The notes: generated from the sequence alone by a model not told the origin. Shown: positions 46,499 to 55,972, counted from the first letter of the stretch. The stretch is 64,000 bases of DNA from Abditibacteriaceae bacterium (GCA_965277285.1 OZ255721.1:1312001-1376000), one strand, 5' to 3'. Translations and numbers: made by a program.

Positions 46499-48457
46499 AT
46501 GATCGAAACTCCTCTTTCTCCAGAAACCGCAATCGCCGAATCGAGTACTCGAAACGCTGCGGCGTGTTCATCGTGTGCACACGATCACGGTCATGAACAT
46601 GGCGGTGCGTCATGGTTGAACGGCACGACGCGCACAATCCTTTGCGGCGCACTGGCATTTGTCGCGTGGATTGTATCGCGCGTTTCTTTTCCATCGTTGC
46701 CTATCGCGTTATACGTTGTCGCGCTGGCGGTTGGCGGTTGGCCGTTGTTGCGCGGCGCTGTACGTTCGTTGCGCAAGTTAGCGCTCGACATGAACGTGTT
46801 AATGAGCGCGGCGGTTATTGGTGCGGCGATTTTAGGCGATTGGCCCGAAGCGGCGTCGCTGGTCGTACTTTATACGCTGTCCGAATCGCTGGAAGAATGG
46901 AGTTTGGGTCGTTCGCGGCGCGCCATGACGAACCTGCTGCAATTGACGCCGACGCGCGTTGTGGTGAAGTGCGACAATCAAACCCGCGAAGTCGAAGCGG
47001 ACGAAGTTCAAATCGGCGAGCATTTTCTGGTGCGCGCTGGAGAACGCATCGCGCTCGATGGTGTTGTCGTCGAAGGCACGTCCAGCGTCGATCAAGCGCC
47101 GGTTACGGGCGAAAGCGTGCCTGTTGAAAAAACCGTGAGCGACGAAGTTTTCGCGGGAACGCTCAATACAGATCGAGTACTCGAAGTGCGCGCCACGCAT
47201 TTGGCAAGCGAAGGAACAACGGCGCGCATCGCGTATTTGGTGGACGAAGCGGCAGCGCAAAAATCGCCGCGACAACGCGCGACGGAAACTTTCGCCAAAC
47301 GCTATACGCCGTTTGTTTTTGTTGCGGCGCTTTTGCTGGCTATCGTTCCGCCACTTGTTTTTCATGCGATGTGGCGCGATTCAGTTGTGCGAGGCTTGTC
47401 GTTGTTGGTCGCGGCGTGTCCGTGCGCCTTTGTCATCGGCGGCCCGATTGCGACGATTTGTGCGCTGTCTTCTGCCGCTAAACGTGGCGTTCTGGTTCGC
47501 CAAAGTTCTGCTTTGGAAACGCTTGCGAGCACGAAAATAGTGGCATTAGATAAAACCGGAACGCTGACACAAGGCGCGCCGCGCGTGCAAAGTTTCGTCG
47601 TTTTCGAGGGCGACGCGGACGAACTTTTGTCGGTCGCAGCGGCTTTGGAAACGCGCAGCGATCATCCTCTGGCGCGCGCCGTTGTCGAGTATTCGCGCGA
47701 ACGCAATGCGCGTACTCAAGATATTGAAAAGGTTCAGGAACGTGGCGGAAACGGCGTTCGCGGCGAAGTGAACGACGTTTGGTATGAAATCGGGCGCGCT
47801 AATAATTGGAAGTTGACAGCCGAAGTCGTGCAACAGGTTTCGCATTTTGAAGCCGCTGGCCAAAGCGTCGCGTTGTTGGGAAATGACCGCGAAGTTCTGG
47901 CAATGTTCGCTTTCGCCGATGAATTGCGCCCTGAAGCACATCGAGTACTCGAAACGCTGAAAAACAACGGCGTGACGAAAACTTTTGTGCTTTCTGGTGA
48001 TAACGAACAAGCGGTTGAGAAAGTGGCGAAGTCGGTTAGTGCAACTGAGTGGCGCGGCGCGCTTTTGCCGCATCAAAAGCTGGAATTGATTGAGCAAATG
48101 ACGGCGCAAGGCACGACAGCGATGATCGGCGACGGCATCAACGATGCGCCATCTCTCGCACGCGCCGATGTCGGAATCGCGGTTGGCAGCGAAGCGAGCG
48201 GACTTTCCGCGCAATCAGCCGACATGACGTTATTGTCCGGCGGCTTGTCGCAGTTGCCGTTCGCCTTTCGCTTGTCGCGCCGCACCAAAGCGATTATCGT
48301 GCAAAATCTTGCGCTCGCGCTGATGATGAAACTTGTTTTCGTCGGCGGTTTGCTGCTCGGCGTTTGGGGAAGTTGGCAACTCGTCGGCGGCGTGATTGCC
48401 GATATGGGCGCGACACTTTTGGTCACAGCGAACGGTTTGCGGCTTTTGCGCGATTGA
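46499..48457 (+). CDS. Heavy-metal (Zn/Cd/Co-type) P1B-ATPase
   Basis: N-terminal CSSCAHDHGHEH, TGES, CPC, DKTGTLT, HP, GDGINDAP. Confidence 0.93.
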   Translation: MIETPLSPETAIAESSTRNAAACSSCAHDHGHEHGGASWLNGTTRTILCGALAFVAWIVSRVSFPSLPIALYVVALAVGGWPLLRGAVRSLRKLALDMNVLMSAAVIGAAILGDWPEAASLVVLYTLSESLEEWSLGRSRRAMTNLLQLTPTRVVVKCDNQTREVEADEVQIGEHFLVRAGERIALDGVVVEGTSSVDQAPVTGESVPVEKTVSDEVFAGTLNTDRVLEVRATHLASEGTTARIAYLVDEAAAQKSPRQRATETFAKRYTPFVFVAALLLAIVPPLVFHAMWRDSVVRGLSLLVAACPCAFVIGGPIATICALSSAAKRGVLVRQSSALETLASTKIVALDKTGTLTQGAPRVQSFVVFEGDADELLSVAAALETRSDHPLARAVVEYSRERNARTQDIEKVQERGGNGVRGEVNDVWYEIGRANNWKLTAEVVQQVSHFEAAGQSVALLGNDREVLAMFAFADELRPEAHRVLETLKNNGVTKTFVLSGDNEQAVEKVAKSVSATEWRGALLPHQKLELIEQMTAQGTTAMIGDGINDAPSLARADVGIAVGSEASGLSAQSADMTLLSGGLSQLPFAFRLSRRTKAIIVQNLALALMMKLVFVGGLLLGVWGSWQLVGGVIADMGATLLVTANGLRLLRD

Positions 48458-48506
48458 GTACTCGATAACTCTCATCGTCGGCTGTCAAAGTCTTCAAGGG
48501 GTAATA

Positions 48507-48745
48507 ATGAGATTTCCAATTCTTTCTTTATGTGGCGTCGGATTGATCGCTTTTGGCTTTTTCTTGTCTTCTGGCCGCAAATATATCAGCAGTTCAACCT
48601 ACGACATTTAGATTCGCAGATTTTCATAATCAACCGTGAATGGGTCAGGCGGCAATGGCAGCCTCCGATGACGCTCTGGCTTCTCAGATTTCTTGGATTA
48701 TGCGCCGTCATTATGGGCGCCAGTGCTTTCCTCGGGGGTCTTTAA
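48507..48745 (+). pseudogene. Small membrane protein apparently split by a frameshift in a T run
   Basis: MRFPILSLCGVGLIAFGFF in one frame continues as LVFWPQIY...LLRFLGLCAVIMGASAFLGGL in another, with the junction at TTTTT 48558-48562. Confidence 0.35.
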
Positions 48746-48932
48746 GTTTTAGCAGAACAAAAAAGAACTGTGAGCATAACGCGCGGTTCATTCCCTTCGC
48801 TAAAAATAAAATGGCGCCGTAGACAAAACCGCGTCGCTGGTTCGTCTTTAGGTTGGAGGCACGCTCATCAACCGCTTTTCGCTGACAATTGACCAATTTG
48901 GCGCTTTCAATTTTCCTTCAACCCGACCTCGC

Positions 48933-49454
48933 GTGAAAAACGCAATCGCACCCGATGTCGAAGGGCAATGTTTGCAGCGCGCGGCGAACGGCGATCCGCT
49001 TGCGTTGTCGCAGCTTTACGACTGGTATGCGCCCGCTTTGCATCGCGTTTTGGTCGCCATTTTGTCGTCGCCCGAAGACGCCGAAGACGCCTTGCAGGAA
49101 ACCTTTCTCAAGCTGATGGACGGCAAAATGGGACGCGCGCAAAACGTTCGCGCCTACTTGTTCACATCGGCACGACACATTGCGCTCGATATATTACGGC
49201 GCCGCAAACGCGAGCAAAATCACGTCGAAGAAACCGTCGAAACAGTTCAAAGCGCCAGCGACGATTTGCAAATGTTGTTGCAATTGCTGCCATTGGAGCA
49301 ACGCGAAGTGATCGCTTTGAAAGTCTTCGAGGAAATGACTTTCGCTGAAATCGCGCAAGTTGTGAAAACGCGACCGAACACCATCGCCAGTCGCTATCGT
49401 TACGGAATCGAAAAATTGCGGCAATGGCTGCGCGAGGAGAACGACGATGAATAA
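48933..49454 (+). CDS. ECF RNA polymerase sigma factor
   Basis: DAEDALQETFL (region 2) and LPLEQREVI..K......F.EIA (region 4). Confidence 0.92.
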   Translation: MKNAIAPDVEGQCLQRAANGDPLALSQLYDWYAPALHRVLVAILSSPEDAEDALQETFLKLMDGKMGRAQNVRAYLFTSARHIALDILRRRKREQNHVEETVETVQSASDDLQMLLQLLPLEQREVIALKVFEEMTFAEIAQVVKTRPNTIASRYRYGIEKLRQWLREENDDE

Positions 49455-49812
49455 CGACTTCGATTCTCTTGAGATGGATTCTCTCGAACACCGATTGCGC
49501 GCTTCCGCCGCGACTTTGCCGCCCGAACTGCGCCATCGAGTACTCGAACAATGCGCCATCAAAGCACGGGAAAAAGCGTGTCGCAATCGTCGCGCGAACT
49601 GGCGATTGGCGTGGGGTTTCGCGGTTTTGTGCGCGCTTAATTTCGGTGTTGGCGGAATGCTGGACGCGCAACGTCAAGCGATGCTGGGCAATTCGTCGTC
49701 TTCTACGCCACTTTACGCGGACGCCGCCAGTCAAAACGATTTTCGCCAAAGCGTGCTTTTGCGCTCGCAACTTCTGGCCGAACTTTCCAACCCGCGCCAC
49801 GACTTTTCTTAA
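49447..49812 (+). CDS. Probable membrane anti-sigma factor
   Basis: Overlaps the sigma gene stop; N-terminal LEHRLR..P..LR.RVL segment plus one TM helix. Confidence 0.6.
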   Translation: MNNDFDSLEMDSLEHRLRASAATLPPELRHRVLEQCAIKAREKACRNRRANWRLAWGFAVLCALNFGVGGMLDAQRQAMLGNSSSSTPLYADAASQNDFRQSVLLRSQLLAELSNPRHDFS

Positions 49813-49910
49813 GGCTTACGATGAACTGGCGGACGAGGCACCGCCTCGCCCCTACTGGAATTTGCGCCAGGCCTCGTTCCGGCGCGATTCAACTATCCAA
49901 AGGAAACCTT

Positions 49911-51401
49911 ATGTTCCGCAAAAAATCAGGCGCGCTCGACACTTCGGTTGTGGCGCCAGAACGAAGCAAAAACTTCCCGACATTTCGCCGTCTGCTTGGT
50001 CGTTTTGGGCGCTGGCCATTTATGTCGCGCGCTTGGTGGAAACGCAATAAACGGCGTATGGCGTGGCTGTGTCTGGTTTTGGTAGCGATTTGGACAGCGA
50101 CCAATATTTATGCGTCGGTTTTGCTGAACCGCGAATTGGAAGCAATCCGACAACGCGGCGAACCTTTGACATTGGCCGAACTTGCGCCACCGCCGGTTCC
50201 CGATGCACAAAACGCTGCAGTCCTTTATAAACACGCGGAAGTGTTGCTCGAAAAATTGGGCTTAACGTCAGATGAAGAAATGCAGATGATGGGAAGAGGC
50301 GCCCAAACGACGCCTCAACAACTTTCCTCTGTGCGGCGCCCATTGTTGCAAAAATATCGTCCAGGAGTCGAACTGATTCGCCAGGCGTCGCGCTTGTCGT
50401 TGTGTCGTTTCCCAAGGCCGTGGCAAACAAGACCAGCTTTTACGATTCTGTTCCCCGAACTGGCGTATCTCCGCAAATTCGCACGTTTGATGAGCGCCAG
50501 CGCGATTCAAGAAGCACAAGATGGACAAACCACGCAAGCGATTGAAGATGTCGGTACCATTTATCGCATCAGCGAACACGCCAATTCCGACCCGATTCTG
50601 ATTGCGTTTTTGGTCAGCACCGCAGTTGAACAAATCGGGCATAACGCCCTTGCGCAGGTATTCGAGTACTCGAATCTCACGCCGTCGCAAAAAAGTCAGG
50701 TTGAAGCGATTCTGCCGCGCGTCGACAAAGAACAGCAACTTGGACGCGCCTTGCGTGGCGAACGTGCTTTCGGTTTGTCGAGCTTCGATTATGTTCTTTC
50801 GACACCGGGCGGCTTCACGGAAGTTTCGCAGCTTTCCGGCAGTGAAGCTGAAAGCGACAACGTCATAATTTCGCTATTGTGGCGCGTTGGTCGAACATTG
50901 TGGCTTCCGATGTTTAAACTCGACGAAGTGTGGTTTTTACGCTCGCATCCGGCGAATTCCCATCCAACACCACTCGAAGATGTTCCAAGTTACGCGATGC
51001 TGACAAGAACACTTTTGCCGGTATTCGACAGAGTACACGACTTGGCTCGCAAAGGTGAAACGACACGTAATCTGGCGCGTATCGCTCTCGACCTGGACGT
51101 TTATCGCACGCAGTTCAAAACCTATCCTGCGACTTTGGCGCAACTTGAAACACAAAGAAAAACGCGCTTGCCGCTCGACTTCTATTCTGGCAAATCGTTT
51201 GTTTATCGTGTCACTAAAGACGGCTATGCGCTTTATAGCGTTGGCCCAAATAAGGTTGACGATGGCGGACGCGATATGCAAGATTTCGCGCGTTCGCCAC
51301 AAAGCACGCAACAAACACCAGGCGGCTCGTCGCTGGCGCCTTGGGATGATATTCCCTGGCCGCCCAGTTGGTTCACGCGTCACCATCAATACCAACCCTG
51401 A
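49911..51401 (+). CDS. Hypothetical membrane-anchored helical protein
   Basis: One TM near the N-terminus; C-terminal YP.TL..L...D.YSG..F.Y...LYSVGPN..DDGG resembles a pseudopilin/GspG-like tail. Confidence 0.7.
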   Translation: MFRKKSGALDTSVVAPERSKNFPTFRRLLGRFGRWPFMSRAWWKRNKRRMAWLCLVLVAIWTATNIYASVLLNRELEAIRQRGEPLTLAELAPPPVPDAQNAAVLYKHAEVLLEKLGLTSDEEMQMMGRGAQTTPQQLSSVRRPLLQKYRPGVELIRQASRLSLCRFPRPWQTRPAFTILFPELAYLRKFARLMSASAIQEAQDGQTTQAIEDVGTIYRISEHANSDPILIAFLVSTAVEQIGHNALAQVFEYSNLTPSQKSQVEAILPRVDKEQQLGRALRGERAFGLSSFDYVLSTPGGFTEVSQLSGSEAESDNVIISLLWRVGRTLWLPMFKLDEVWFLRSHPANSHPTPLEDVPSYAMLTRTLLPVFDRVHDLARKGETTRNLARIALDLDVYRTQFKTYPATLAQLETQRKTRLPLDFYSGKSFVYRVTKDGYALYSVGPNKVDDGGRDMQDFARSPQSTQQTPGGSSLAPWDDIPWPPSWFTRHHQYQP

Positions 51402-51423
51402 AGCAAACAACGAGACAAAACAA

Positions 51424-51455
51424 AACGGCTGCATTCACGAAAGAATGCAGCCGTT
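51424..51455. terminator. Terminator-like hairpin between convergent genes
   Basis: AACGGCTGCATTC-ACGAAA-GAATGCAGCCGTT. Confidence 0.6.
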
Positions 51456-51533
51456 GTAACACGCGGTTCATCCCGCCACCGTGTTTGGATTGAGGAGCCT
51501 CGAAAGGTTACTTCGAGTACTCTATTTGCGACT

Positions 51534-52445
51534 TCATGATGCGCTTGCACCGTTACGACCGGCACTTGCGAAACGACCTTCGCGTTCATCCGACGAAGTT
51601 TGCGGCTGTTCCGGCAGCATCGAACGCAGTTTGTCAATCAAGGCTGAGGCTTCGCTTTTGGTCATCTGCGAGATCGGCTTGTCCACCAAACGTGCCATTT
51701 CTTCTTTGGTGTTCTTGCCGAAAACCTTGTTGGCGATGGCAAGTATCGCCCCGCGCTGCGCTTCCGTCAAGACGTTGGAGTTCGCCGTGCCATTTGCGAT
51801 GTGTTCGTCGCGCACTTCACGCGCCGGAGCAAAGCCGTTTCGAGTACTCGAATGCGATGCCGATGCTTCTCCGCGCGCCGTCGAAGCCGCCACCGCTCGC
51901 TCGTAACGCGCGTTGTCTTCGCGCTCCACGCGCTCGATTTCCATGTCTTCCAAATCTTGCGTGAAGATGCCGCTGGCGCGCGTCGCACTCAACGTCGCAT
52001 CAATCAAAGCACGCTTTTTCGCCATCTTCAAAATCGTGTTGGCGATATTGGCGGCGTCCTGATTCTTGTAGCGACGCTCGCGGCTGTTGCAGTTGCCGAT
52101 GCCTTCAGCTTCGATGTTCGTGGTGCGCTTGTTGAGCAACGTGACCTTGATTTCATACGCCACGAAACCCTTGTCCCAATCTTCCACGCGATTGGTGATT
52201 TCGACAATCGGCGCTAATCCGAAGATCGCGTTCAACTTTTCGGCACCCGCCTTGAACAACGTCGGCTTGGTGCTGGTGCCCGGAATCACGCCGTAATCTT
52301 CGCCTTCTGTCATGTGCGCGCGTACAAACTCGCCCAGCATCTTGATGCGCGCGCCCGCTTCTTCCAGCGTCACCGCAAAATCGGGGAACACATCGGGCGC
52401 ATCGGAGTCGCGTTCGTGGGTCGTCGGTTGGTTGTGGTTCGTCAT
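51534..52445 (-). CDS. Putative single-strand annealing / phage-type recombination protein (Rad52/Erf-like)
   Basis: KPTLFKAGAEKL, EGIGNCNSRE, NTILKMAKKRALIDA, FTQDLED, and a small C-terminal helical domain (LTEAQ...MTKSEASALIDKL). AGGAG RBS. Confidence 0.6.
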   Translation of the reverse strand: MTNHNQPTTHERDSDAPDVFPDFAVTLEEAGARIKMLGEFVRAHMTEGEDYGVIPGTSTKPTLFKAGAEKLNAIFGLAPIVEITNRVEDWDKGFVAYEIKVTLLNKRTTNIEAEGIGNCNSRERRYKNQDAANIANTILKMAKKRALIDATLSATRASGIFTQDLEDMEIERVEREDNARYERAVAASTARGEASASHSSTRNGFAPAREVRDEHIANGTANSNVLTEAQRGAILAIANKVFGKNTKEEMARLVDKPISQMTKSEASALIDKLRSMLPEQPQTSSDEREGRFASAGRNGASAS

Positions 52446-52531
52446 AATATTCAAACTCCTTTTTGCTGCCTTTTCAGACGGATTTGACTCCAACTCGTTC
52501 CTTCATTGAAACGAATGAAAACATACAATCT

Positions 52532-52559
52532 ATTATAACGCACTGTGAAAAAAGCGCAA
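52532..52559 (-). promoter_or_regulatory. Sigma70-type promoter for the annealing-protein gene
   Basis: On the minus strand: TTGCGC, 16 bp spacer, TATAAT. Confidence 0.55.
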
Positions 52560-52594
52560 GTGCACGCTTCTCGTGCGTGATTTTCAGACGCGCA

Positions 52595-52636
52595 AAAGCC
52601 CGCTTTCGAGTACTCGATTCTCGAAATGCGGGCTTT
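52595..52636 (-). terminator. Terminator downstream of tRNA-Met, containing the 12-bp palindrome
   Basis: AAAGCCCGC-TTTCGAG...CTCGAAA-TGCGGGCTTT. Confidence 0.7.
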
Positions 52637-52646
52637 AATTTATCAA

Positions 52647-52720
52647 TAGCGGGAAAGGGACTTGAACCCCTGACCTACGGCTTATGAAGCCGCCGCTCTA
52701 ACCAACTGAGCTACCCCGCC
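52647..52720 (-). tRNA. tRNA with CAT anticodon, probably elongator tRNA-Met (CCA not encoded)
   Basis: GGCGGGGTAGCTCAGTTGGTTAGAGCGGCGGCTTCATAAGCCGTAGGTCAGGGGTTCAAGTCCCTTTCCCGCTA forms a cloverleaf with a GTTCAA T-loop. Confidence 0.95.
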
Positions 52721-52722
52721 GA

Positions 52723-52838
52723 AGGAAATGATGAATGATGAATACGGAATAATGAATGCGCTTTAAATCGTTGCACAACGCAATTGAGTACTCGAAGTGC
52801 GAGCCTCATTCATCATTCCGTATTCATCATTCATCATT
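52723..52838. repeat. Inverted arrays of heptamer repeats (GATGAAT / ATTCATC)
   Basis: AATGATGAATGATGAATACGGAATAATGAAT ... ATTCATCATTCCGTATTCATCATTCATCATT. The same unit recurs at 62631-62661. Confidence 0.8.
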
Positions 52839-53043
52839 ACGAATTGTCCTGCTGCTGACGGCGCTTCTTTTTCTTCTTCTTTTGTTTCTTTTGCTTGCGC
52901 TCTTCGATTTTGCGGCGGCGCTCGGCGTGTTCAAAACGGATGGCGTCGCCCATCTGACCGTCGAGTTGTTCCAACGGCGCGAAATCCAGGGCTTGCAAAC
53001 GGGGCAAATCGATAGCTGGCATACGGAAAGTTTCCTCGGACAA
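52837..53043 (-). CDS. Small hypothetical protein with a Lys-rich tail
   Basis: 68-aa ORF with a TTG start, ending KQKKQKKKKKKRRQQQDNS. Confidence 0.4.
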   Translation of the reverse strand: MSEETFRMPAIDLPRLQALDFAPLEQLDGQMGDAIRFEHAERRRKIEERKQKKQKKKKKKRRQQQDNS

Positions 53044-53107
53044 ACGTCTTTTTTAATGTTCTTTACAGGATAGACCCGTCGAATTATAACGATTCGAGTA
53101 CTCGATG

Positions 53108-55972
53108 TCAACGCATTAACGTCTTTGGCGCGGGCAAATCGTGAAAAATCACTGTTTTGCGCGGCCCTTGCGTGCTTTCCGCCAACAATAAGCGCAGGTT
53201 GAACGATGTCGCTTTCAACGATGGCGGAAGAAAATATAACGCTTTGCCGGAATCGGTGACGCCGCTCGCTCCGAGATTGTGACCGAAATTGTCCGTTCCG
53301 GTGCTTTGCTGGCAATCGACGCGATGTTCGGCGTTCGCCTGAGCGTTGGTGTCGTAGGTAATGGCGATTCTCGTTGGCTGTCCCTTTGTGTTAATCGCGC
53401 GATTCTGGTCATCGAAGCTGCCGCTTTCCACTTTGCGAATAGTAAACCAGGCGCCCGAAGGAAAAGTGACCGTGCGATTGAGCAACCAAGGTTTTCCATG
53501 ACTTGGCAAAGGCAAGTTGCGAAAGTTTACGACGTGAAGATCGCGCTTCTGCGCTTGCAATTCAAGACGCATTTCCAACGCTTTCGGCGTAGGTATTCTT
53601 GTACCGGGATTACCGAAAAAGCTGAAATTGAGATTGATGCCGTTCTCGCCGATTTGCATTGGACGGCCACTTTGCTTCCACTGCGAGCTATGTGTGATGC
53701 TGTCGGTCTGCCAAGTGCTATTGGAACCATCGCTTATCGTCGCTGATGCGACGTTCCAATCCCAGTTGGCGCCGTCTTTGTCGGTGAACCACAAGTGCGT
53801 TTTGTAGTCGTCGCCAAACTTCTTCAAGGAATCCAACGTGACGCGAATGTCGCTCGCGTCGGCAACCGCCACAGGACGACGCGAGTTCATATCGCCCAGC
53901 GAGATTTGGTTTTGCGGCAATTGAAAGCGAAAGCGACGAAACCATTTGTCCTGCTTCAAACTGGGCGCTTCTTCGCTGACTTGAACGCGGATGTTGACGC
54001 TGCGAGATTTGAAGGACGGCAACGCATCCACGTATAAAGTCACGGTGTTGGCGTGGTTTTGCAATAGATCGTCGCTAACCACGCTATAACCGGCGTTCGT
54101 CATCGCTTTTTCACCGTTGCTGCCCACAACACCGTCGCCGAAGTTCATGCTCAACTGAGCCTTCATATCCGGCGTTTGTGCGGGCGCCAAAGTGCGCATA
54201 GACATCAAGACCTTATTTTCATCACCGAGAAATTTACCGCTTTTGGCCGACGACACCGCAATCGCTTCAAGAAAAACGCGCGTGCCGTGCGCCGTTGTGA
54301 AACTACGTCCAACGGGAAGTACCTGATCGCGCTTGCCTGGCAACGGCACATTGTTGAATTGAAGCGTTTCCTCAAACTTGCCGGTCGCACTTGGTGGTGC
54401 GACTGGATTGAGAAACTCGAACTCGACAGGAACCGAACTTTGGCGCGGATCAAGGCCACCAAACTCGATGGAACCTCCAGAATCCCATTCGTAATTGCCG
54501 TTATCGGCACTGCTGTTGGGAAAACCATAATTATCATATCCCCGAATTTGAGTTACATATTGAATCGGAGATTTGCCTTTTGGAAGACGAACCTTTCGGC
54601 TGTCGCTTGTCACTACGTAACGCACCCACAACTCTTTCTGAAAATCGTTGTAAACGCTCGCCGATTCGCGCAGTTTCCATTCGGGAACGCGCCATTTGGC
54701 ATCGAGTACTCGAATCGTCACGCCATTGATGGTTTGACTTTGCGGGCGAAACGGCAAGCGTTTTTCAACAGGCGAATCCTGCCAACGAGCACTCGACAGC
54801 AGCGGCCCAGCGACGATTTCCTGCACATTATCCTGCGCGTCAAAACGCTTCTTTATACCAATGGCACACACAGCGAGCACAATCGCGCCCAATGTCGCCA
54901 AGCTAATCAGCGCGCGCAAAGGACGAGCGACAAATGCGGCGCCTCGTCGTTTTTCGTCTAAGATGCGCCGCACGCGCTGACCCAGCGAAGATTGTCTCGG
55001 CACAACTCCCGCCGCGACAGCGCGTTCACTGGCGCGCAACGTCAATCGCTCCGCCAAATCGAGCAGGCAGCGCGCATAATCGCGTGGAGCGCAGCCGCCA
55101 CGTATAACGGCTTCATCGCAGACATCTTCGGCCACGCGCTCGATTTGGCGACACAGAATCCACAGCAAAGGTTGCGGCCACAAGATCGCGCACAGAACGC
55201 GCGTGGCGCCCATCCACCACAAATCGCGGCGCCGCAAATGCGTCATTTCGTGCAGCAAAACCGCGTGGCGCGATGCGCTATCGAACACGTCTTCGCGCGG
55301 CAAGACAATGGCAGGGCGCCACAAACCCATCAACAAAGGGCTGCGAACTTCTGCGCTTTGCAATAACTGCGGCTGATGCCAGCCATGAACTTCACAAAGC
55401 GACTTCAACGCGTCGTGCCACTCGCCCGACGCAATTCGAGTACTCGAACGTCGCACCCACGCCAAACGTAACGCACACATCGACAGCCATAAAAGCCAAA
55501 GCGCACTTCCCAGAAGCCAGACGCGCGCCACGAGCAGGTAAACGTTTTCCCACGTCGAAAGCGGTGCGGTTTGTTCCTCGACAATCGGCACAACTGGCGT
55601 TTCGGCTGAAACCGATGTTTCGCTAACCGATGTTTCGCTCGGCGGCGCAACTTGCGTTTGCAGAGGCGCCTTCCTCTGCGTTATCGTGGAACGTTTCATC
55701 GTCACAAACGGCGCGGTCAGAATCGATGTAAAAGTTGGTGTAAAAGATGGAGGCGGTATCGAGACATTCCAATGTGTCGGCACGCGCGAAGTCGCAACGG
55801 CTGAAACAATCGTGCATAACGCCACGCCCAAAAGTGCGGCGCGTAAAGCCGTCATTTGCGGCAGCGATCCGCGATGGCGCAACAAACGCGCTCCAAAAAG
55901 TCCCACTGCCAGCACAACCAACGATTGCATCCACAGCGTCGCGCCCACGCGTATTACGTTTTCAACGTTCAT
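53108..55972 (-). CDS. BlaR1/MecR1-type M56 metallopeptidase with a large extracytoplasmic domain
   Basis: SPLLMGLWRP.IVLP, LLHEMTHLRRRD (HEXXH), EDVCD..V, YARCLL, then a TM segment and repeated beta-rich domains. Confidence 0.9.
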   Translation of the reverse strand: MNVENVIRVGATLWMQSLVVLAVGLFGARLLRHRGSLPQMTALRAALLGVALCTIVSAVATSRVPTHWNVSIPPPSFTPTFTSILTAPFVTMKRSTITQRKAPLQTQVAPPSETSVSETSVSAETPVVPIVEEQTAPLSTWENVYLLVARVWLLGSALWLLWLSMCALRLAWVRRSSTRIASGEWHDALKSLCEVHGWHQPQLLQSAEVRSPLLMGLWRPAIVLPREDVFDSASRHAVLLHEMTHLRRRDLWWMGATRVLCAILWPQPLLWILCRQIERVAEDVCDEAVIRGGCAPRDYARCLLDLAERLTLRASERAVAAGVVPRQSSLGQRVRRILDEKRRGAAFVARPLRALISLATLGAIVLAVCAIGIKKRFDAQDNVQEIVAGPLLSSARWQDSPVEKRLPFRPQSQTINGVTIRVLDAKWRVPEWKLRESASVYNDFQKELWVRYVVTSDSRKVRLPKGKSPIQYVTQIRGYDNYGFPNSSADNGNYEWDSGGSIEFGGLDPRQSSVPVEFEFLNPVAPPSATGKFEETLQFNNVPLPGKRDQVLPVGRSFTTAHGTRVFLEAIAVSSAKSGKFLGDENKVLMSMRTLAPAQTPDMKAQLSMNFGDGVVGSNGEKAMTNAGYSVVSDDLLQNHANTVTLYVDALPSFKSRSVNIRVQVSEEAPSLKQDKWFRRFRFQLPQNQISLGDMNSRRPVAVADASDIRVTLDSLKKFGDDYKTHLWFTDKDGANWDWNVASATISDGSNSTWQTDSITHSSQWKQSGRPMQIGENGINLNFSFFGNPGTRIPTPKALEMRLELQAQKRDLHVVNFRNLPLPSHGKPWLLNRTVTFPSGAWFTIRKVESGSFDDQNRAINTKGQPTRIAITYDTNAQANAEHRVDCQQSTGTDNFGHNLGASGVTDSGKALYFLPPSLKATSFNLRLLLAESTQGPRKTVIFHDLPAPKTLMR

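Noticed and set aside
51534..52720. Prophage or integrative element at tRNA-Met
   Set aside because: No integrase, no duplicated tRNA 3' end (att) seen, and no other phage genes.
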